Shown: positions 39,069 to 53,678, counted from the first letter of the stretch. The stretch: DNA of 64,000 nt from Octopus sinensis (GCF_006345805.1 NC_043001.1:12772001-12836000); one strand, 5' to 3'. A program made the numbers and translations. The notes: generated from the letters alone by a model not told the origin.

Positions 39069-39639
39069 AAGAAATAAGTAATAAACATCGTATTCTGAGA
39101 TCTCATGAAATCCCTTAATTCGTTTTTGCGACAGATGTTTAAGAAGAACCAATTAAGCGAGAAATAGTGCTCTGAATACTGCAAATGACCGAGGAGAATC
39201 GTACCACCATGACGTCATTTGAGGTATTTCATGAAGAGACTTTCGTAGTTGAGGCAGGAATCACTTCCAGCGTTTGTGTCACAAATGCAAAACAAATGCC
39301 AACTGATATTTAACATATATCCTCAACTTATCTAGGTAATTCCTTTGAATATTTTAGTATGCCACCTGTATGGTGTCACTGAGTGAAGCAAATATATTTA
39401 AAGGGCCCTTTAAATAGCCTCCCAATTATTGTACAGCTTCTGTTTATTGGACTTAATTTGTGTTTATTTTTCTGTTTATTTTATAACATTAAATGGAAAT
39501 TTTATCCCAAAGAAGACTGAAGCGCTTTCCATATATAATTTATTCCAGACTCTAGGCATCTTCGACTGGAGACAGCTGGTGAGGTTCCCAAATAATTTCC
39601 ATATATTAAATGTATACGTATATATGTTGCTCCTGGCTG

Positions 39640-39904
39640 TGTGTTGTTTTCTTGTAGTTAGTCACTTTATTTCACATTGCTCCGGTTCACTTAGTTGTAG
39701 AAATGAATTGCGACGTCACAGGTGCCAAGCTGTATCGGTCTTTGCCTTTCCCTTGGATAACATCAGTGCCGTGGAGAGGGGAGACCAGTATGCATAGGTG
39801 ACTGCGGGGCTTCTATAAATAACCTTTCCCGGACTTGTGCCTCAGAGGGTACCATTCTATGTTCAATCTCCTAGTCATTCATGTCTGATGGGGCTCTTTA
39901 CCCT
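39640..39904 (+). mobile_element. SINE family D, 5'-truncated
   Basis: Homologous body and tail. Confidence 0.85.
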
Positions 39905-40350
39905 ATACTCGTTCTAATGTACGCTATCACACATGACTCACCTGAGACATACGTAAACGACACCTTAAGCTTCTTCAGATTTACTCTAAAGTGCAAAAGT
40001 GTTCCTTATTTTTCCAGATATTTCCCTATGTGTGACACATTCATTAACGTCATAATTCTCAAATATTCCTATTGATTACATCCATTAATCTTCGAAACTC
40101 CGCTGATTAAACGAATATTAATTTTGGCGATGGTGCGATAAAGATTTCTAAATCCAATCTCCAATATGTAAATCTAATAATGACTGCGAATTACATAAAG
40201 AATGAAATTATCGTAGGTGTATCATTATGTCAACGGTATTTTCCGGATGATTTCGTTTCCAGTGGAACTTGCAACTGAGGCAAAAATTTCATGATAGTGC
40301 CAAAGTGGGCCAAATTGTCGAACGATGAAATGAGTGCTCAACATACGTCA

Positions 40351-40407
<57 letters not shown>

Positions 40408-40551
40408 TATATATATAGACATACATATATACATGTATAAATGCGTACATACACATATTGCATATATTTATATATATGCGTAACATATGGTATGATTATA
40501 GACAAGGCAAATGTTAGCTCTTTCTCCACAGACTGCAAAAAGCAACGAAGA

Positions 40552-40594
40552 ACCTTAAACGATTTTCGAACCTTATTGGGTTCTCATCAGAGGC
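40552..40594 (-). ncRNA. Minimal type I hammerhead ribozyme (third family), UUA triplet
   Basis: GCCU-CUGAUGA-GAACC(CAAUAA)GGUUC-GAA-AAUCGUUU-A/AGGU. Confidence 0.7.
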
Positions 40595-40707
40595 GTCCAC
40601 ATCATTCTGGCAGTCTCAAGAGAAATAAAGCAGTTACCCTGTGACGGATTCACTCTACAAATACTAGCGGCCTGTGAGCGGGAATATTAGTCCACACAAT
40701 ATCAAGG

Positions 40708-41128
40708 TGTGGAGTGGCTGTGTGGTAAGTAGCTTTCTAACCAACCACATGGTTCCGGGTTCAGTCCCACTGCGTGGCATCTTGGGCAAGTGTCTTCTGC
40801 TATAGCCCCGGGCCGACCAAAGCCTTGTGAGTGGATTTGGTAGGTGGAAAAGGAAAGAAGCCTGTCGTATATACGTATATATATATATGTATGTGTGTGT
40901 ATATGTTTGCGTGTCTGTCTTTGTACCTCTAGCATTGCTTGACAACCGATGCCGGTGTGTTTACGTCCCCGTCATTTAGCGGTTCGGCAAAAGAGACCGA
41001 TAGAATAAGTACTGGGCTTACATAGAATAAGTCCCGGGGTCGATTTGGTCGACTAAAAGGCGATGCTCCAGCATGGCCGCAGTCAAATGACTGAAACAAG
41101 TAAAAGAGAGATAAAAGAGAAAAGAGGG
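40708..41128 (+). mobile_element. SINE family A, full length
   Basis: GGAGTGGCTGTGTGGTAAG head through (AAAAGAG)n tail. Confidence 0.9.
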
Positions 41129-41211
41129 CAAACTTTAGCCAGTTCTCAACAGACTGAAAAAACGATGAATAACCATAATCGATTTTCGAATCTTATTGGG
41201 CTCTCATATAA

Positions 41212-41293
<82 letters not shown>

Positions 41294-41914
41294 GTGTGTG
41301 TGCGTGTGTGTGTGTGTGTATGTGCAAATAAGCAACCATATATTAATAAAACCTTAAATTTACGTTATTATTTTAAAGCATATTCAACGATCTGTTAAAT
41401 AACCTCCCAATTATTGTACAGCTGTATATTTTTCTTATTCAACTAAATGTATTCTGTACTTAATTTGTATCGGTTAAAACGGTTTCAAATCACTATATTC
41501 AATAATTTATAGTCAATATTTTGCCAGTTATTTAAGCTGGATATATTCGTCTCTGTATATTTATATAGAATTATTTCAATTATTATATATGACAATTTCT
41601 TGTATGCTTTTACGACGTCTATGCCACGACTGCATGTAAGTCGAGGATACAGTGTCTAGAAAAGTATATTATTACAGTTAAAGATTTTCGATATCATAAT
41701 TGATTTTCGTACAAGAACCATATGCATTTAAAACGAGAACAGACATGGATTTCAATATTTTATAATATTAACACATACTGCCAGCAGCTTACGTAAAATT
41801 ATTTCATTGATGAGTAACAACTGTATTAACCAGTTCAATATTACTCTTAACCTACATATCTGTTGTACTTGATTAATCCAACGTCCTCATATTGATTAGA
41901 AGCAGAAAATGAGC

Positions 41915-42105
<191 letters not shown>

Positions 42106-42443
42106 GCTGTTAATGTTTCTTTTTGGAATATTCTTGAATTTGCGTAAGAAATACGCCTATATATTTCATCAATTCAATTACGGTAAACGGAATCTATTAC
42201 TCTATTACTGTGATTCAGCGCAACTTATTATTTTAATAAAGGTAGATATTAAATTGATCAATGTTCTGGAAATTCTACTGATGATGTATTGCAAAGTAAT
42301 AAAGAATTTAACCTGCTGAAAAGAAAAAAAATGATAACCACTATCAATCCGAAATATATTAATTCACTACTTTTGCATATATGAATTTCAAAAAGGTAAA
42401 AAAAATATGGTATGAAGATTAAATAATAAATATAAAACACCAG

Positions 42444-42572
42444 TTACCATTTCATCGAAATCATTTAGCTGATCACGTTTTCTATAATTATTATCGATGG
42501 GGAATTGCTGCACCGTCCACGTTTCGAATGCGGCATTTAGGTTAATTAAACCTTTAAGATGTACAATTTCGA
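42444..42572 (-). other. Candidate internal exon of an unidentified gene
   Basis: Pyrimidine tract and AG, open frame (D)FEIVHLKGLINLNAAFETWTVQQFPIDNNYRKRDQLNDFDEM, donor GTAACT. Confidence 0.3.
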
Positions 42573-43100
42573 AATCTAATTCCGGCACAGGAAAAAGAAA
42601 TATATTAATGCATAGTAAGTAGCGTTCATTTTTCTTTTACCTCATTTCACCATAGATCATGCAATGAAATTCTGCAATTATTAGCTTCATGTACAAAAGT
42701 AATTGTAAATAATAAGAAGTGAAGAGAAAGCAATAGAACGGAAACGTGTGTGAAGGCTAAGTGAAATTGTAGTCAATTTATCGTTGGTTCTTATACTTAC
42801 TGATATAAAAGAATATCATTCGACAGTATTCTAAGATGTACCGTATAGATAAGAGATACGGCACATATGCATACGAGCAAGCATGAAAGCATCATTTATA
42901 TATACACAATTCTATATGAACATACACACATGTAGAAAAGTATAATATATTCCATTTATGCATGTCTCTGTTTGTATGTATATATATATATATAAAATTA
43001 TAATTTAGAGTATCTAAGAGATATCACCATGCTGGAAATAGCAGCCAAAACTTGACTCTAAAACCACATTAAATGTTCATACATATAAATTTATATATAC

Positions 43101-43142
<42 letters not shown>

Positions 43143-44485
43143 TATACATATATGTATATACATATATATATATATATATGTGTATATATATGTATATATA
43201 CATATATATACATATATATATATGTATATATATATACATATATATATATATACATGTATATATATATACATGTATATATACATGTATATATATATATATA
43301 CTTATAGACACACACATGTATGTAAGTATGTATGTGTCCACGTATGTACAGACACATATCCAAACCGTTTCTCCATAGGAACACTAAAATATATACTCTC
43401 AATACATTATATGTATGTTATAAGTGGTACTTTTAATATTTACGGTTAAGAACTCAAGTCCCTCGTGTAAGTCACGATATGTGACTAGAATCGAACCACT
43501 TCCTTCTCCCACCATGATGTCTTTTTTTCTCAACTTATATAACTTAGCTCGTATGTAAAACTTTGAATGCAATCACATTGTTTAAGAGTGAATGTGTTTT
43601 ATTTATGAAAGGAACCCACAGAGACTTCGCTCAGTGTAAAAATCTCCCACTTCCATTGTCAGTAATTATTTTGTTGGATGATAACGTCACTATCTATAGC
43701 AACAATAATAATTTTGTGTTATGTTACGTATAATTGTTGAAAATGCATTTGTTACTCATAGTTTATTGCGTGCGTTTGTGAAGAAAAGCATCGTTTTATG
43801 GCAGTCGTACGCTAGTTTGTTGAAATATCTACAGCATTACGTTTGGACGTTTAGTGGAGCGTACAACTTGCGAGTTTTTAATTAGAAAAAGGAAACGACT
43901 ATTATTTGCCAAATTTAGGCAATGATATGTTGCTTTTTTTCTTTACGAAGGTTGTCCTGTATGACACAGTGAAGGCGGTACTGAAACAGCCCGCTGTGAG
44001 GAACACGGGGCAAAAGATGAGGCAGCCTATTTGTGAGTCCGAAGCTGGGATTTGTGATATTGGTAATGGTAGATAGTGGAGAGACGTTTCCCTTGATATC
44101 GTACAGCATGTCTTTGTGAGAACAGCCTGCAAGGAAGTCTTTAGAGCGGAAGTAGTTTCCGGTATTGAAAGGCCAGTTGGGGGGTTGCCACTCTTAGTAT
44201 CACAAGAGGAGATCCAGTATGAAGGTAAAGTGAGGCTCAAACTTGGAAGACAGGATGTGATATTTTTATGATTATATGTGTAGAAATTGATTATTTGGCT
44301 GTTAAAATGGACGTATTTTGCTCTGTTTAAGGAAATAATTCAGCTTTAGCTTATGGTATCTAGATGCGTTTAGATGCATGAAACTTGTGTCGGGTAAGAA
44401 AAGAATATAGAAGTGCATTAACTGCAGTGAGCTCTTGCTATTAGGTGTCTCATATAGGAGACTGTTGCGCAGAGAGAAGAGAAAG

Positions 44486-44546
<61 letters not shown>

Positions 44547-44756
44547 TTTCTATGAAACAATATAGTTCATTCTCGGAGAGGTAATGCAAGTGAAATATGC
44601 ATGTGGCAATGGATAGCTACGTGCTAGGAAGTTAGTGGTCCAGTGCCACCGAACTCCGCTTCTGCATTTAAACCATTGCTACACTTATGTATACATACAT
44701 TCAGACACTCACACATACAGGCTTGCGCCCATACACACACACAACGCATACTCATA

Positions 44757-44968
44757 GAGCTGGCAGAAACGTTAGCACGCCGGGCGAAATGCGTAGCTGT
44801 ATTAGTTCTGTGTTCAAATTCCGCCGAGGTCGACTTTACCTTTCATCCTTTCAGGGTCGATAAATTAAGTACCAGTTACGCAGTGGGGTCGATGTAATCG
44901 ACTGAATCCGTTTGTCTGTCCTTGTTTGTCCCTTCTGTGTTTAGCCCCTTGTGGGTAGTAAAGAAATA
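44757..44968 (+). mobile_element. SINE family C
   Basis: Head, core and GGGTAGTAAAGAAATA tail. Confidence 0.9.
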
Positions 44969-45644
44969 TATATATATATATTTATACGTATATATATTTA
45001 TATGGTGAGAGAGCGAGTGATGAACCCGCATGTATAGACCTATATGTGTGTGCATGCTCGTACACAAAACGCAAAAACACATAGGCCTACAAATACGTGT
45101 CAATATATGACAGTTGTCGATCCATGCCTCTGTTTTCTCTCATACATACTTCCCCAGAGTAGACCCATTTCAAGGGTTGGCACTATTCCAGCGATTTCAC
45201 TGAAAACAAGGCTTAACTCGTAATTATTCTCTTCAAACCGAAATTCTAAAAGGCAATGCCGACCTTGGCATTATTTGAACTTAGTATCATGCGGTTAATC
45301 ATTCTGCCCGGCACGGTAAAGTCTCTGCCGTTTCGCTAACTTGGATCGTTTAGCAGGGACCTGGGAAGAGTTGAATTCTACTTCAGGATCTCCAGTGCTG
45401 ATCTCCCGATAACTTTACCCACAAGGCCATGAAGACATGAGTCTTGGTCCAGGAATATATTGTCGAAGGTGTTAGTGTCACATGACATACTATAAAGGTA
45501 TAATTAAATTGTACTGAGCTCATAAATGGGAGAAAATGAGCATGAAAAACATGTAATTTAATTAGAATGCATTCTAACGTTATTTTTCCCTCATACAGTA
45601 AAAATACTATATTTTATTTATTTTTATTTATGCGCACTTTTGTA

Positions 45645-45870
45645 AGCCTAGCCAGGCTCATGAGCCCGGTTTCCCGGTTTCTGTGGCGTGTTCCCCACCC
45701 TCCCCGCTGACGGGACGCCAGTCCATCGCAGCGTTAGTCAAGAAACAGGAAGAAAGAGTGAGAGAAAGTTCGAGCGAAAGAGTACAACAGGGATCGCCAC
45801 AACCAACAGGCGTCGCCAGAGCCTCGTGGAGCTTTAGATGTTTTCGCTCAATAAACACACACGACGCCCA
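45645..45870 (-). mobile_element. SINE fragment: family B-like body joined to a V-domain-like segment and different tail
   Basis: Minus strand ...CTTCCTGTTTCTT|GACTAACGCTGCGATGGACTGGCGTCCCGTC...GCCACAGAAACCGGGAAACCGGG. Confidence 0.7.
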
Positions 45871-46544
45871 TATATACAATAAGTATATATATAAGTATAT
45901 ATATATACCATATATACAATAAGTATATTAAACCAAATAAACGCATAAATACCTATGGGGCGGTTTACTCCCCTGTCAGTAAGTAGAACTTGTTCTATGT
46001 CTAGGCCATAAAGTCTTTGACTCATTTCTCCTAATGTAAGAGTTACCATGCACCGACAGTCAGTATTAGAGACAAATGAGTTTTCCTTTTCCGTTGTAAG
46101 TTGCGTTAACCCACCTGTTTAATTCTTATGATTTTCACACTACCATCTTGGTGAATGAGGCATTGATTCTTACGGTAAAATTTATATACTGAAAGGTTGG
46201 CTTTGACTCAACTATCACCGATGGAGAAGTACTAAGATAAACTACTGATGAGCTTAATTTCGATCGAAATTTACTTTCCGCTACAGTGCCCTCCTTCGAT
46301 ATGAGATGGTTAACTCCCATAGACTTGTGCTACGTCTGTGGCTATAAGAGAATTTGACTTATTTCTAGAAATGTAGGTTCTACCATGCATCTTAAGTCAC
46401 TGTTTGTGACAACTGAATTTTTCCTTTTTCTTGGTATCTTGCGCCTAGCCACCTTTATTATCTGGTAGAAGTGTGGGTGTTTCTATGAATGTATGTGCGC
46501 CTATATAACACACACACACACACATATATATATATGTATCTATA

Positions 46545-46586
<42 letters not shown>

Positions 46587-46643
46587 AGTCTATATATATA
46601 TATATATATATGTATCTATCTATCTATGTATACATATATAGAT

Positions 46644-46710
<67 letters not shown>

Positions 46711-48374
46711 TACATACAGCTTTGAATGTGTGCGCGTGTATAACATGTATGTGTGTGTGCATGTGTGTGTACGTATGTATGTATATATCCATACAGTTAT
46801 GGGAGATGGACATGGTATCATGCCAAGCTTACAATGGAATTTACGTATCTTTCGCATTATTAGTACTCCATTATTAGTTTTGAGCATTTTTGAAGAATCT
46901 TATACATAGCTTTCTTACATAGTCGACGTAGGAGTGTTGCCAAGCAATAAACACATGCGTAGACAAGTGAAAAAAGAAAACGAGAAACAAGAACAAAAGC
47001 AAACACAATAACATCTTGGACAGGCTTCACATATAATTTCTTTCTTAAGACGGAATATTAAAGCAAAAAAAAGACGTATATACACATACACAAACACACA
47101 TATACACTCACATACAAGCACATGTATATATATATATATTATGCATTCATATATATGTAGAGAGATAGAAGTGTACAGATGTATGCATAGATACATATAT
47201 ATATACATATATATATACATATATATACATATATATATATATATGCATATATATATATATATATGCATATATAGATATATACTTCAGGACATACGTAAAT
47301 ACATACATGCATAAATTCATACATACGTACGTACATACATACATACATGCATACATACATACATGCATACATACATACATATTTCTGCTTATTATTTTGT
47401 ATTTTTCAAGCATTGTATATCTACAGACATCGTGTATCCTCTCTATAGGAGTGTTTCCTCGCTTCAGAAAAATAAGAAATCCATTCGAAAAAAATCCCCA
47501 AAAAACAAAAGAAACAAATGTTGCTAGAAAGCCAGAAAGTCATCAGATTCGATCTCTTATGCAGTACACATACACACACACGCGCATATATATATATATA
47601 TTAATAAATAAAACATATGCATATATATATACATATATGTGCGTACCTACCTCTACATGTATATATACACGCATATATGAGTACAGGACACCAAAAAACG
47701 TCGAACACAATGAGAAACGAAAACATAGACACAAACCCAAGGAACTGGACATTTTTCTTAAACAACAAAAAAATAGAGTACAGGACAAATAACACAAGGA
47801 AAAAACCCCTTCTTCAGTCGCCATGGTTTCATCTACTCTACGTTTCGAAGGTATATATATATGTATGTATGTATATATGTATTTGCACACACATATATGT
47901 ATATATAGATACATACACGTATGTGACTGTGTGTGTTAATAATAATAATAATAACAATAATAATAAGAGCACTCAGAGAGCGCAAACCTCCGCCAATATT
48001 TCTTTATATTTGCACTATGGCCATAACACAGAGGGGACACTACATAGACATCACAGTGGGGCCAAATACTAAACATGAACAGGGATGAAAATTAGATTTT
48101 ATATAAAAATGAAAAATGAAATGGCTGCATGGCCCCACTCCCATGCAGTACCATTTGAACGTTTATATAAACAACAAACCGCCTGGACAAATCTCCGCCA
48201 AGGCAACACCAACGCCCTCTCCACGATTAGCCGGTGATGATATTTAAAATGAGAATATCTGAAATAAACTCGATTGTTCTCACAAACGAGAATACTAAAA
48301 ATGAACTCGACCGCTCTAAAAAATTAAGTAAAAAACAAAAAACGGAATAATAATCCAGAATCCCTGTTCGGTAC

Positions 48375-48760
48375 CTAATCCATCCCAATAGTAGTCATGG
48401 GATCGGAAGGTCGCTGTGCTGACCGTGTCCGTAATGATGTGCGTGTGTCGTCTGCAGTGGGAACAGGGACGGTTTTCTCTATAAAGGCTTTTGTTTGTCT
48501 AATCACTGACATTGTGTTTTTACGACCATTAATATTTATAGTGAACATTTTATCCGTGCGTGAAGGAAAACGGAAAGAACCGGCATTTGGTGCTGTTAAT
48601 GGAGGTTTAACAACATCGTTGTGCACAAGAACATGCTGTCTTAAAAATACAATAATTCTCAGAAGGCCAAATAGGATGCCACATACATTGCTGTCATTGA
48701 AATGGTCATTGAAACGTATGAAAAAGACCAGTGGGCATCTGGTCATCACACTGAACACTA
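48375..48760 (-). CDS. Candidate terminal exon, hydrophobic start then polar tail; product unknown
   Basis: TTTTTCCTACTAG acceptor at about 48761 and a 127-codon non-repetitive ORF. Length alone is within chance expectation for 64 kb. Confidence 0.3.
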
Positions 48761-48994
48761 GTAGGAAAAATTCTCGCCTTGTATCTGATAACTATAGTCT
48801 CTTTAACATAGCACTTCAAGAGGATATCACTTCATGACAAATACCGCTGTAATTGCTGCAATGGCGCTATGTATTAAGTGAATTATATATAGCGAGATGG
48901 TGTGCATTTGAGCATAGATTTAAAGTATTCTGGTGTTTTTCTAGTGTTGATATTGATTTCCAATTTTTGCAGAAGGTTAGAAAGCCGTGTGAGG

Positions 48995-49131
48995 TGAGGT
49001 CCAAGTCGATTACATCGATCCAGTTACTAAGCTGGTAATTGTTTTATTCACACCCGAAAGGATCTAAGCCAAATTTGACCTCGGCGGTATTTGACGTAAG
49101 AACATGATCTGCGTGCTAACGATTTTGCCAG
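48995..49131 (-). mobile_element. Degenerate SINE family C
   Basis: AAGTCGATTACATCGA, CCCGAAAGGAT and GACCTCGGCGG motifs. Confidence 0.65.
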
Positions 49132-49581
49132 TAAATATCGAGGTCGCATATAAGATAACATATAATCTCTACCTTACTTATCCCCGCTTCTAAACAAGAG
49201 GCAACGTGGGATATATCTCCAACAAACGAAATAAGAGTAGATGCTATTTCTCGAGGGTAATCGCCCACACAAGCAAAGTGCAATATTATATTCTTAAAGA
49301 AAATGCGTTATAATCTGAGCGATACTTTAGCAACACCGTATACAACGCTTTCTCGTTTTCGAGACAAAATGTGATAATCAAAATATTTGGGATTTATATT
49401 TGCAGCATATTTTCCCTTAACTTACTTACAATGAATACGCCAGTTAATTCTATTGAAAAAGAAATTTCATAATCTGTTTAAGGTTTGTGGAAGAGGAGTA
49501 GACACGATCTCCTTCGTTTAGTACATGTTCAACAACATACATGTGGGTAATATTTATATTGATAATATTTGGGCAAGAGGT

Positions 49582-49940
49582 GGAAGCGCAATGGCCCAGT
49601 GGTTAGGGCAAGCGGACTCGCGGTCATAGGATCGCGGTTTCGATTCCCAGACCGGGCGTTGCGAGTGTTTATTGAGCGAAAACACATGAGGCTCCGTCAG
49701 GGGATGGTGGTGATCCCTGCTGTATTCTTTTACTACAACTTTCCCTCACTCTTACTTCCTGTTTCTGTTGTACCTCTATTTCAAAGAGCCGGCCTTGTCA
49801 CTCTCTGTGTCACGCTGAATATCCCCGAGCGCTACGTTAAGGGTACACGTGTCCGTGGAGTGCTCAGCCACTTACACGTTAATTTCACGAGCAGGCTGTT
49901 CCGTTGATTTGGATCAACCGTAACCGACGGAGTGCTTCCC
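49582..49940 (+). mobile_element. SINE family B with small deletions
   Basis: Homology; flanking TATTTGGGC repeat. Confidence 0.9.
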
Positions 49941-51221
49941 TCCTATTTGGGCCAAAATATCAGGTGTGACACATCACGTAGCTTCTAAATAATTGTGGTA
50001 AGAACGAATCAGGCTGGCATTCTTTTCTACTGGTTTAATTCGTGTGTTTTTGCTTTTAATAAAATTTACACATCAACACAAACAAAAATATTTTGCGACA
50101 TGAATAGGAAAATCTTAAAATAAAATCTAGAGCAAAACACATCAACGGCAGATGATTGAAGTTTATTTAAAAATTAATTAAATGATTCCTTTGAAGTACG
50201 CCACAAATAAGCTTGTTTATTTGTTGTTTATATTGAGATGCGGTTCATGAGTACAGGCGAGTAAACAAAAGAAATAATCAACTAAAACTGCAAAATGAAA
50301 CCTTAAACGTTACATATTTAGTGATATTTATATCAAAAACACACAAAAGAAATGACACTCACGGCGCTAGAGTTATTGAAGCAGAAAATAAATTAAATGT
50401 GCAGGAATTAAAGAAAAAAGAAACTTCAAACAATTTAGGAAACCTTAGATCTTTAATCGGAAGACAGTTCTAAATACTATAAATATAGTATATATCGCGA
50501 GGACATGGTTTACAAGTACATGATAAATTTTATGGAGACTTGTATATTTGAAAATATATATTTATACATATAAGCTCTCGGCACACACATGTGTATGTGT
50601 TTGCATATGTTTGTATGTATACGTATATACATTTGTCTGTGTATATGATGTATATAAGCATGTGTGTATGTACGATTATGTGCTTGTGCATCTGTTTGTG
50701 AGTATACGTATATACAAGTGTATGTGCGTATATCATATGTATAAGTGTGTACTTATGTAAGTATATGTGCTTGTACATCTGTTTACTTGCAGTTGTATGG
50801 TTATTTGTGCTCATATTTTGTGAGCAGCTGTTCTCTCAATTTAGAAGATTACCATTATATTTAAAATGTTCAGAAAGCGACAAATCCATGTTTAAGAAAC
50901 TCACCTGGAATCTATAAGGAATAAGAAATATGATAACAGAATATAAACAAATTAATTTCTATACGATTAAGCTGCATTAAATCCAGTATAAAATATTTGG
51001 AAAATGTTTAAAATCCGAAACATCCATGTCTCCAAATCATCCGTGAGCTTTAAAAGACTGTACTATCCAGGAAAAAATCTTCCGAAAAACACTTTGTATC
51101 AATCCAGATCTTAAAAACAATACTTTCCTCCTATGAACTTCCACCTTCTTTCCAATACATCTGCTTCCCAGACGTACGTACGCGCCTACTACTTACCATG
51201 TTACTTAGTGGTAACTACACT

Positions 51222-51278
<57 letters not shown>

Positions 51279-51281
51279 GTA

Positions 51282-51392
<111 letters not shown>

Positions 51393-51658
51393 AGTTAAAT
51401 AAAACCACTATTAGGTAACTCAAACAGTAATAGACATAAACCAAAACATAAAAAACAAAAAATAAATATAATTAATATAATATACAATATATATATGTAA
51501 TATAAAATTTAAAATCTAAATTATTAAAATTTGAAATTTTTAAATTCATGTTTATAAATATTTATATTTTTATATTTTTTATTTTTTTTATTTTTAAACC
51601 TAATTTTTTTTAAACTAACCAAAAAGTATTAAAAAGTTAAATATAATATAATAAGTAT
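51393..51658 (+). repeat. Very AT-rich dispersed repeat embedded in (TA)n
   Basis: Reverse-complement homologue at about 54790-55030; shared ATAAAACCACTATTAGG and CATAAACCAAAACATAAAAA. Confidence 0.75.
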
Positions 51659-52436
51659 ATATATATATATATTATATATATATATATATATACTAATAAA
51701 AAGGTTCAGCAAAGAATTGCTTCACCACAACAGAAATAGCAGCCAAAAATCTTAGCTATTTCTTCTTCTTTAAAAAGGGTCTTCCAGAGAAACGAAAATA
51801 CTTGAAGGTTATTCACACAGGCAGAGAGTAAAGCAACGAAATTCAATCAATATCTGGTCGTCCATGTACGCGCGTTCTGAATTACGTTTTTCATAAAGAA
51901 TATAAAATTATATATACATATATATATAAGATCTAAATCGTCATGTTTGAATTTTAGACAGTATAGTCTTGTATGACAGACTTCTGGAACGGTGTGTCAA
52001 TATCGATTTCCCTAGCACCGCACTAAATAGCTTTTTAATGCCGTCGAATGCATATTCAGACGCAGAAAACCTCGCTTGCACCTCGTAATGTGTCAGAAAC
52101 GGTTGGTGAATTCCCTCAAAGAGAACCTCACTAAGCAACCTAGTGTAGAGATCAATTCCACAATGTAATCGAATTAAGATTCGCCTCGGAAATCTGATTG
52201 CAAGGTGAACTAAAACTATCTAAATATATCACACCTTCCGGTAATGAACACGTACAACGTCAATAGAATTATATTAGTATCCCAAAGGATTATGATCTAC
52301 GATTAATTATCACTCTGTCAGAAAAATTAGAAAAAAGGAATACAGAAAGGGACTGTATTCTGTTGAAGAAAACCTATAATATAAACAGCCCCCCCCACTT
52401 CACGCCGTTTTCTCACAGTTGTACAATTTACTATCT

Positions 52437-52438
52437 CT

Positions 52439-52497
<59 letters not shown>

Positions 52498-52714
52498 CAC
52501 CACCACCACCACTACCGCCACCACTACCACCACCACCACCACCACCACCATCATCATCATTATCATCATTATCATCATAATTATCATCATTATCATCATC
52601 ATTATTATCATCATCATTATCATCAACATCATTATCATCATCATCATTGTCATCACCCTTATCATTATCATCATCATTATCATCATTATCATCATCATTA
52701 TCAATATCATCGTT

Positions 52715-52763
<49 letters not shown>

Positions 52764-52950
52764 ACATCATTATCATCACCATCATTATCATCATCATCAT
52801 CATTATCATCATCGTTATCATCACCATCATTATCATCATCATCATCATTATCATCATCATCATCATTATCATCATCATCATTATATTCATCATCATCATC
52901 ATCATCATTATCATCATCATCATTATATTCATCATCATCATCATTATCGT
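52437..52950. repeat. Compound (CAT)n/(CAC)n/(TAT)n trinucleotide array
   Basis: Direct reading; source of the poly-His and poly-Met ORFs. Confidence 0.97.
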
Positions 52951-53499
52951 TACTATTAGTGGGAATTTTCTAGTTTATCGGGCAGATCCTGCATTTAGTT
53001 TTATCTCGCCTTTCAAAATTTCACACTTCGGAACAGAAAACAGATGGATAACTAGTAAATATTGAAGCTTATAAGTGCTTGCACCAATTCGTAAAACAAT
53101 TACACAAGAATTCCTTTTTCCCCTCTCTGAATTTATGCAATCACACATCCCCAAGTTTCCACACCCACCACCACTTCCATAGTTACACAGACAAACAAAC
53201 ACACACGCACACACACACACATTCAAATCACTAATATAGTTTCCGCATGCATATACTCTCGTCGATTCCTTCTTTCCTTACATTCACAATTTCAGCACTC
53301 GGACGCATGTACACACGTAATTGCACCCCTAAACATCACACTTTGAAACACATAACGCATGAAGTTAAGTATGAAATCTCACCCGCCTACACTTCCCATA
53401 TTCACACACCTTCCTCCATTTACGCAAAGGCTTGTAACTTTGACACAAACACAAATACACGTGGGTATACGCATACACATACGTTTTACTTGAACAATA

Positions 53500-53633
53500 A
53501 TTCTTTGTAAGCCTAGTACTTATTCTATCGGTGTCTTTTGCCCAACCGGTAGGTTATGGGGAAGTAAACACACCAGCATCGGGGGTCAAGCGATGTTGGG
53601 AGCACAAACACCGACACACAAACATACACACAC

Positions 53634-53678
<45 letters not shown>

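Larger units (their letters stand above)
40504..41207 (-). mobile_element. Retrozyme-like 200-nt unit with hammerhead direct repeats, interrupted by a family A SINE
   Basis: About 80-bp direct repeats 40508-40587 and 41129-41207. Confidence 0.65.

Noticed and set aside
46252-46290. CTGATGAGC...CGAAAT motif
   Set aside because: No stem I or II; explained by a short AATTTCGATCGAAATT palindrome.
45950-46480. Possible PLE reverse transcriptase scraps (LPDNKGG, ATDVAQVY)
   Set aside because: Motifs too short and divergent to support without a profile search.
47790-47852. Minus-strand CGAAACGTA followed by CTGAAGA (permuted hammerhead-like order)
   Set aside because: Could not build consistent stems; possibly a degraded PLE end.
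48397-48837. 146-aa plus-strand ORF
   Set aside because: Antisense shadow of the minus-strand candidate; no splice or motif support.
52327-52973. Poly-His, poly-Met and poly-Ser ORFs of 108-205 aa
   Set aside because: Translations of a stop-free (CAT)n compound microsatellite.
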